Positions 55,860 to 64,000 of a DNA stretch of 64,000 nucleotides are shown here, piece by piece. The stretch covers positions 87,569-151,568 of the forward strand of contig JAFWAG010000032.1 of NCBI GenBank assembly GCA_017507765.1. The letters run 5' to 3'. The notes beneath the pieces are model-generated. The model saw only the letters and a list, made by a program, of their open reading frames with translations. It was not told where the DNA came from and made no database searches. The position numbers were made by a program, and so were the translations under genes. Each line of letters begins with the position of its first letter. Position 1 is the first letter of the stretch. Source of the DNA: Alphaproteobacteria bacterium (lineage in GTDB: Bacteria > Pseudomonadota > Alphaproteobacteria > CACZRW01).

Positions 55860-56951
55860 TTACAGGCCTTTAGCTTTCATAAAATCGGCAAAGCAACCAC
55901 TGTTTATCGCTTTATGGACGGATTGGAAAAGACGGTTCATATAAACCAAATTATGCCAAGTCAAAAGCGTGCTTCCCAACAGTTCTCCCGCAACGGTCAA
56001 ATGGTGCAGATAAGCTTTGGTATACGAACGGCAAGCCGGACACGGGCAACCGGACATAAGCGGTTCGGAGTCCGAGAAATAACGATTGTCGTGAAAATCC
56101 ATTTCGCCGGAGTCTGTCAAGGCTATGCCTGAGAGTCCTTTTAAAGGCGCAATATCGGAAATCAGCAAATCCATACCCGAAGCAATACATTCCAATATTT
56201 CCGGTATAGATTGCAAGCCAAGAACCGCACACGGTTTATCTTCCGGCAAAAGCATCGTACTTGCGGCAACGGCACGCAACCATGCTTTGCGGTTTTCCCC
56301 CGGAAGCGGAGGAGCCTGTAAAAATCCGTCCGGCTTTAACGGTACGGTAAGCTTTAAAGAGCTTTCCCGTAAATCAGCATAGGCTCCGCCGGTAATAACG
56401 CCGAAAAAGGCTTGGTCTCCCTTTGGGTGGAAGGCGTCTTTTGTCCGCCGGTTCCACCGAGCCGTCCGACGTAAAAGCTTGCCTATTTTCATACGGTTAC
56501 CGCCAAGAGAAGCTTCCTCATACAAGCCTAAAATGATATCCGAACCAAGCTTTTCCTGAACACTGACCGAATATTCCGGCGTGATTTTGTGGCGGCTGCC
56601 GTCAATATAAGAAGCGTAAAACAAGCCTTCTTCTTTGGCTTTACGATAAACATCGGTACGGTAAACACCCGTGCTTCCCGAGTCTGAGAAAACTATGCCC
56701 TGCCAACCCGTAAAAGGTTTGATACCGCCCGCCGCTTTTACAACATCAAGTCCGGAACGCATCAACAAACGGTAGGTGTCCGCAAAAAGCATTTCCGTGC
56801 CGCTTTCTTTGACGGATTCAGGAAACATCGCCGGTACTGCGAGTCCGCTACTTTGCGGAACAAATAACGGGGTAGAAACTTCTTTGGCGCCGATTTTTAT
56901 ATTTCCCGTGCGGGCTTTGTCTTCTTTGGCTTTTATCTCAAACTTTAACAT
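55860..56951 (-). CDS. tgt: Queuine tRNA-ribosyltransferase-like protein (divergent Tgt family member)
   Basis: 363 aa. The zinc site CPCPACRSYTKAYLHHL and the overall N-to-C collinearity with Tgt are clear. However, several canonical motifs are altered (see findings). Confidence 0.7.
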   Translation of the reverse strand: MLKFEIKAKEDKARTGNIKIGAKEVSTPLFVPQSSGLAVPAMFPESVKESGTEMLFADTYRLLMRSGLDVVKAAGGIKPFTGWQGIVFSDSGSTGVYRTDVYRKAKEEGLFYASYIDGSRHKITPEYSVSVQEKLGSDIILGLYEEASLGGNRMKIGKLLRRTARWNRRTKDAFHPKGDQAFFGVITGGAYADLRESSLKLTVPLKPDGFLQAPPLPGENRKAWLRAVAASTMLLPEDKPCAVLGLQSIPEILECIASGMDLLISDIAPLKGLSGIALTDSGEMDFHDNRYFSDSEPLMSGCPCPACRSYTKAYLHHLTVAGELLGSTLLTWHNLVYMNRLFQSVHKAINSGCFADFMKAKGL

Positions 56952-57000
56952 GCTATTCTCTGAGTCAATTTTGGTTTTACCTTATACTACAGGCGTTTTT

Positions 57001-58803
57001 ATGGCTTATGACAATCTTTTGCAACAGGCTTTAGAGCTCCACCAAAGCGGAGAGCTGGATAAAGCAGAAGTAATATACAGGCAAATTATGGAAACCGCAC
57101 CAGAAAATACGCAAGTTATGCATTTTTTGGCAATGATTGCGGTTGCCAAGGGTGCTTTTGAGGTGGCTATCGACCTGTTATATAAGGCAATCGCCAAAGA
57201 TAAAAAAGTTGCGCCTTATCACTTTAATCTGGCAATGGCTTTGCAAGGAAAAGGCTTTTATAAAGAAGCCGCAGACGAATATAAAACTGCCTTGAAACTG
57301 GATAGTTCCTTTGCGCCGGAAGCGTATAACAACATTGCCAATATTTATAAGCAAAAGGGCGATTTTAAAGCCGCCGCAAAAGCGTATAAAGATGCCATTA
57401 AAGCTGATGAAAAAGCATTTTATGCCTATAACGGATTAGGGCTTTTGTTGCGGGAAGAAGGCAACAATGCCGAAGCAATGGAATACTTCCGTATGGCAAG
57501 TGATATTGCTCCACAAGTTCCGGATTCTTTGGCGAATCTGGCGACTTCTTTGCGTATGGAGGAACGATATACGGAAGCTTTGGCGTATTATGACCAAGCT
57601 TTGGAATATGCCGATGCCATGGCGGCGGCTCGCATATACAACAGCAAGGGTATAACCTTGGAGCTTATCGGGAAAGAAAGCGAGGCTATGAACGCTTATC
57701 AAAAAGCTATTTCCTCTGATGCCGGATTTGCCGACCCTTATGCTCATGCGGGAAGCATATTCCTTAGCCAAGGAAAGCTTAAAGACGCTGAAGAAATGCT
57801 TCGAAAAGCAATTTCCTTGGACGCTTATCTGGAAGATGCTTTTGTGAATCTGGGAGTCGTGCTGTATAAAAGCGGGCTTTATATGGAAGCTATGGAAAAT
57901 TACCGCCAAGCAATATTGCTAAACCCCAAAAACCCCGAAGTGTGTAATAATCTGGCTATTGCCGTGCATACTACCGGAGATTTGCAAGAGGCCGCAGGTC
58001 TATGCTTTAACGTGATTGCCATAGATGCAAAGTTTGCTCCCGTACATAATACCCTTGCCAACATTCTGAACGATATGTTCCCAAAGGATAAAGATACGGC
58101 AATAGAGATTGCCAAAGCTTGGCTTAAACACGTTCCGGATAATCCGATTGCGAAGCATACTCTGGCTTCTTTTACCAAAGATAAGAAGCTTACCAAAGCT
58201 AGCAAAGATTATGTACGGGAACTTTTTGACGGCTTTGCCGATACCTTTGATGCGCATTTGGAAGGTCTTGATTACTGCGTGCCGGACTTGTTTGCCCAAA
58301 AACTGCAATCCACCGGAAAGATGTATGATAAAGTGTTGGACTTAGGCTCGGGAACCGGACTTTCCGGCAAAGCCATACGACCGTTTGCAAAGCATCTTAC
58401 CGGTGTCGACATATCAGAAAAAATGCTTGCCAAAGCCGAAAATACCAGACTTTATGACGACCTGCAAAACGCAGAAATAAATGCTTATCTGGCAACAAAG
58501 CAAAATGCTTTTGACTTGATAATTGCCGGAGATGTTATGGAATATTTCGGCGACCTTGCCCAAACCTTGGCTCTGATGCATGAAGCATTAAAAGCAAACG
58601 GCACGGTTTTATTTACGACCGAAGAAAATGCCGAAGCGGATACTTATGAAATTAAACCTTACGGACGGTTTGCGCACGGAGAAGAATACTTGCGCCGAGT
58701 CCTTGGCAATGCAGGATTTAAAAATCCGGAAATAAGTAAAGTCGTTCTGCGCAAAGAAAATTACGAAGATGTCGCCGGATTGATGATTTATGCGCAAAAA
58801 TAA
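57001..58803 (+). CDS. TPR-repeat protein fused to a C-terminal class I SAM-dependent methyltransferase domain
   Basis: 600 aa from the ATG at 57001 (the track start 56776 is an antisense overlap with tgt). It has multiple TPR units (A..Y..AL...P....A..NLG) and methyltransferase motif I VLDLGSGTGLSG. Confidence 0.8.
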   Translation: MAYDNLLQQALELHQSGELDKAEVIYRQIMETAPENTQVMHFLAMIAVAKGAFEVAIDLLYKAIAKDKKVAPYHFNLAMALQGKGFYKEAADEYKTALKLDSSFAPEAYNNIANIYKQKGDFKAAAKAYKDAIKADEKAFYAYNGLGLLLREEGNNAEAMEYFRMASDIAPQVPDSLANLATSLRMEERYTEALAYYDQALEYADAMAAARIYNSKGITLELIGKESEAMNAYQKAISSDAGFADPYAHAGSIFLSQGKLKDAEEMLRKAISLDAYLEDAFVNLGVVLYKSGLYMEAMENYRQAILLNPKNPEVCNNLAIAVHTTGDLQEAAGLCFNVIAIDAKFAPVHNTLANILNDMFPKDKDTAIEIAKAWLKHVPDNPIAKHTLASFTKDKKLTKASKDYVRELFDGFADTFDAHLEGLDYCVPDLFAQKLQSTGKMYDKVLDLGSGTGLSGKAIRPFAKHLTGVDISEKMLAKAENTRLYDDLQNAEINAYLATKQNAFDLIIAGDVMEYFGDLAQTLALMHEALKANGTVLFTTEENAEADTYEIKPYGRFAHGEEYLRRVLGNAGFKNPEISKVVLRKENYEDVAGLMIYAQK

Positions 58804-58829
58804 AAAACAAACATAAATCAGGCAAACAT

Positions 58830-58855
58830 AAACCCTCTTGCTTGCAAGAGGGTTT
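58830..58855. terminator. Bidirectional rho-independent terminator between the TPR-methyltransferase gene and gyrB
   Basis: AAACCCTCTTG (58830-58840) pairs with CAAGAGGGTTT (58845-58855). The stem is a perfect 11 bp, the loop is 4 nt, and the stem is flanked by A and T runs. Confidence 0.7.
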
Positions 58856-58874
58856 AATGGTTTTAAAGGGCTTA

Positions 58875-62493
<3,619 letters not shown>

Positions 62494-62494
<1 letters not shown>

Positions 62495-63618
62495 TAAACC
62501 CTCATCGGCATAATTACATAAATAACGCTCGAGTCGGACAAGTCGTTAACAACTACCGGAGAAGATGAATCCAACAAAGAAAGCTTTACTTTCGCTCCTT
62601 TTGTCTGACCCAAAATATCCAAAAGATAACGGTAGTTAAAACCAACTTCCAAAGCCGCGCCACCGTAAACAGCCTCTAAATCCGTTTCGGCGCTTCCTTC
62701 CTCTGCCGAGGTGGCAGAGACTACCAACTTGTTTGTATCTATGCCCAAACGAACGCCACGAGACTTTTCGGAAATAACCGCAACACAATCAACCGCCGAA
62801 GCCAAAACATCAGCTTCAACTTCCATAAACTTGTCATTGCCGGACGGAATAACCCTTTCATATTCCGGATAGGTTCCGTCAATCAATTTAGACGTCAAAA
62901 CAACATCGGCAATTTTAAAGCGAATCTTGGTCGGAGAAAGAGAAACTTCTATATCCTGAAGCAATTCGGAAACCAATTTCTGCATTTCGCCGATTGTCTT
63001 TTTCGGAATGATGACACCCGGCATATCCGCTGCGCCCTGCGGCAAAGGAATCTCTGCACAGGCAAGGCGATGTCCGTCCGTAGCCGCCGCCCGAAGAATT
63101 GAGCCATTGGCATCTTTCTTTTCATGAATGTAAATACCGTTCAGGTAATAGCGAGTCTCTTCCTGAGAAACCGCAAAAACCGTGCGGTCAAAAAGGCTTT
63201 GCAACTGCGCAGAAGTGAGCGTGAAATTACACGGCATATCACCTTCGGAAATAGTCGGAAACTCTTCGCCAGGAAGCGTGGCCAAAGAAAATCTTGCCCG
63301 TCCGGAAACCAGATTCAAAAGACCCTTTTCTTTATCAAGAGAGAAATCAACGTCGGCTCCCTCCGGAAGCTTTCTGGTTATCTCTAAAAGCTTGTGCGCA
63401 GAGGCAGTAACCGAGCCTTCTTCGGCAACCTTTGCCGATGCGGATTCAATAACTTCCAAATCCATATCCGTAGCCCGAATGGTTATCCGTTCCTCCGGAG
63501 CTTTGCCAACCTCTATTTTTATGTTGGAAAGAATGGGTATAGTCTGCCTTTTTTCCACAACGTTTTGCACATGGGATAACATCTTCAGCAGGACGCTTCT
63601 TTCGATAGTAAACTTCAT
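62494..63618 (-). CDS. dnaN: DNA polymerase III beta sliding clamp
   Basis: 374 aa with MKFTIERSVLL...PILSNI... It has the typical three-domain length and lies between dnaA and recF. Confidence 0.95.
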
Positions 63619-63771
63619 TGATAACTCACCTTAAAAACTGACAATAAATGGCAGAAAAGCTATACTTCCGCCTAATTCGCAGATAGTATAGCATAAACTG
63701 GCAATTTCAAAAGCTTAAAAACGTTTTTTATGCGCTTTTTTTTCAGGATTAGCGCATAGCGAATCGAGATG

Positions 63772-64000
63772 TTAAGCACCCAAAATACGGGTCAAAAGAA
63801 GTATGTCTTCCGAAAGGGCGGAATCCGTCTGCATAAGCTCCTCAACCTTCTTTACGGCGTGCATAACCGTCGTGTGATCACGGTCAAACTTTCTGCCGAT
63901 ATCCGGCAAGGAACGAACCGTCAGTTTCTTTGCCAAATACATTGCAATCTGACGAGGACTGGCAACACTTCTTTCCCGACGTTCAGAACGCAAATCAGCA
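63772..64000 (-). CDS. dnaA: Chromosomal replication initiator DnaA, C-terminal domain IV only (the gene continues beyond the window)
   Basis: ...[55 protein letters not shown]... is the DnaA DNA-binding domain. The frame is open to position 64000. Confidence 0.9.
   Translation of the reverse strand, partial: ADLRSERRERSVASPRQIAMYLAKKLTVRSLPDIGRKFDRDHTTVMHAVKKVEELMQTDSALSEDILLLTRILGA

Noticed and set aside
56776-57000. 75-codon N-terminal extension of the TPR-methyltransferase ORF
   Set aside because: It overlaps the 5' end of tgt on the opposite strand. The first Met with sensible TPR sequence is at 57001, just after the tgt start region.
63619-63771. oriC or a DnaA-box cluster in the dnaA-dnaN spacer
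   Set aside because: I saw no TTATCCACA-like 9-mers, only a 7-bp hairpin (TATGCGC...GCGCATA). The spacer is too short and featureless to call an origin.

Overview
This is a chromosomal window from a moderately AT-rich genome. It looks alphaproteobacterium-like: it has an atpI-atpB-atpE-b'-b F0 operon and an XRE-metK-trmB block. It also carries a contiguous dnaA-dnaN-recF-gyrB block plus a DciA-like gene at the right edge, so the replication origin is probably just outside the window.

The left third (1-20.4 kb) is an accessory-looking cell-surface machinery locus. A minus-strand operon runs virB2-virB3-virB4 and continues with at least 5 tightly coupled signal-peptide proteins of unknown function. 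Two of these are clear VirB5/TrbJ-like paralogs. The last one is cysteine-rich, runs off the window and is missing from the supplied ORF track. This operon sits back to back with a plus-strand type IVb (R64/PAPI-1 style thin pilus) cluster: a Pro/Ala-rich OmpA-like protein, PilL-like lipoprotein, PilN-like lipoprotein secretin, PilO-like, PilP-like, PilQ-like ATPase, PilR-like platform and PilS-like pilin. No VirB6, VirB8-B11, coupling protein, relaxase, integrase or prepilin peptidase is visible.

About 28 kb away (48.8-50.7 kb) lies an orphan 605-aa protein. It has the same prepilin-type leader, internal Cys-containing tandem repeats and a lectin-like C-terminus. It is preceded by a 243-bp leader with competing or nested inverted repeats.

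The rest is housekeeping:
- trpB (stand-alone), ogt, cdd, tRNA-Arg(CCT), ferredoxin, pgeF, lgt
- phoH-ybeY-lnt, metK, trmB, a STAS protein, adhE, osmC, priA, tal, xerC/D
- ftsEX, plsC, a U32 peptidase, ldcA plus a MurC/Mpl-type ligase, slt
- the ATP synthase F0 operon, dsbA, a divergent tgt-like gene, and a TPR-methyltransferase

I saw no rRNA, CRISPR, IS element or transposase. All family assignments are by-eye motif recognition, not database searches.
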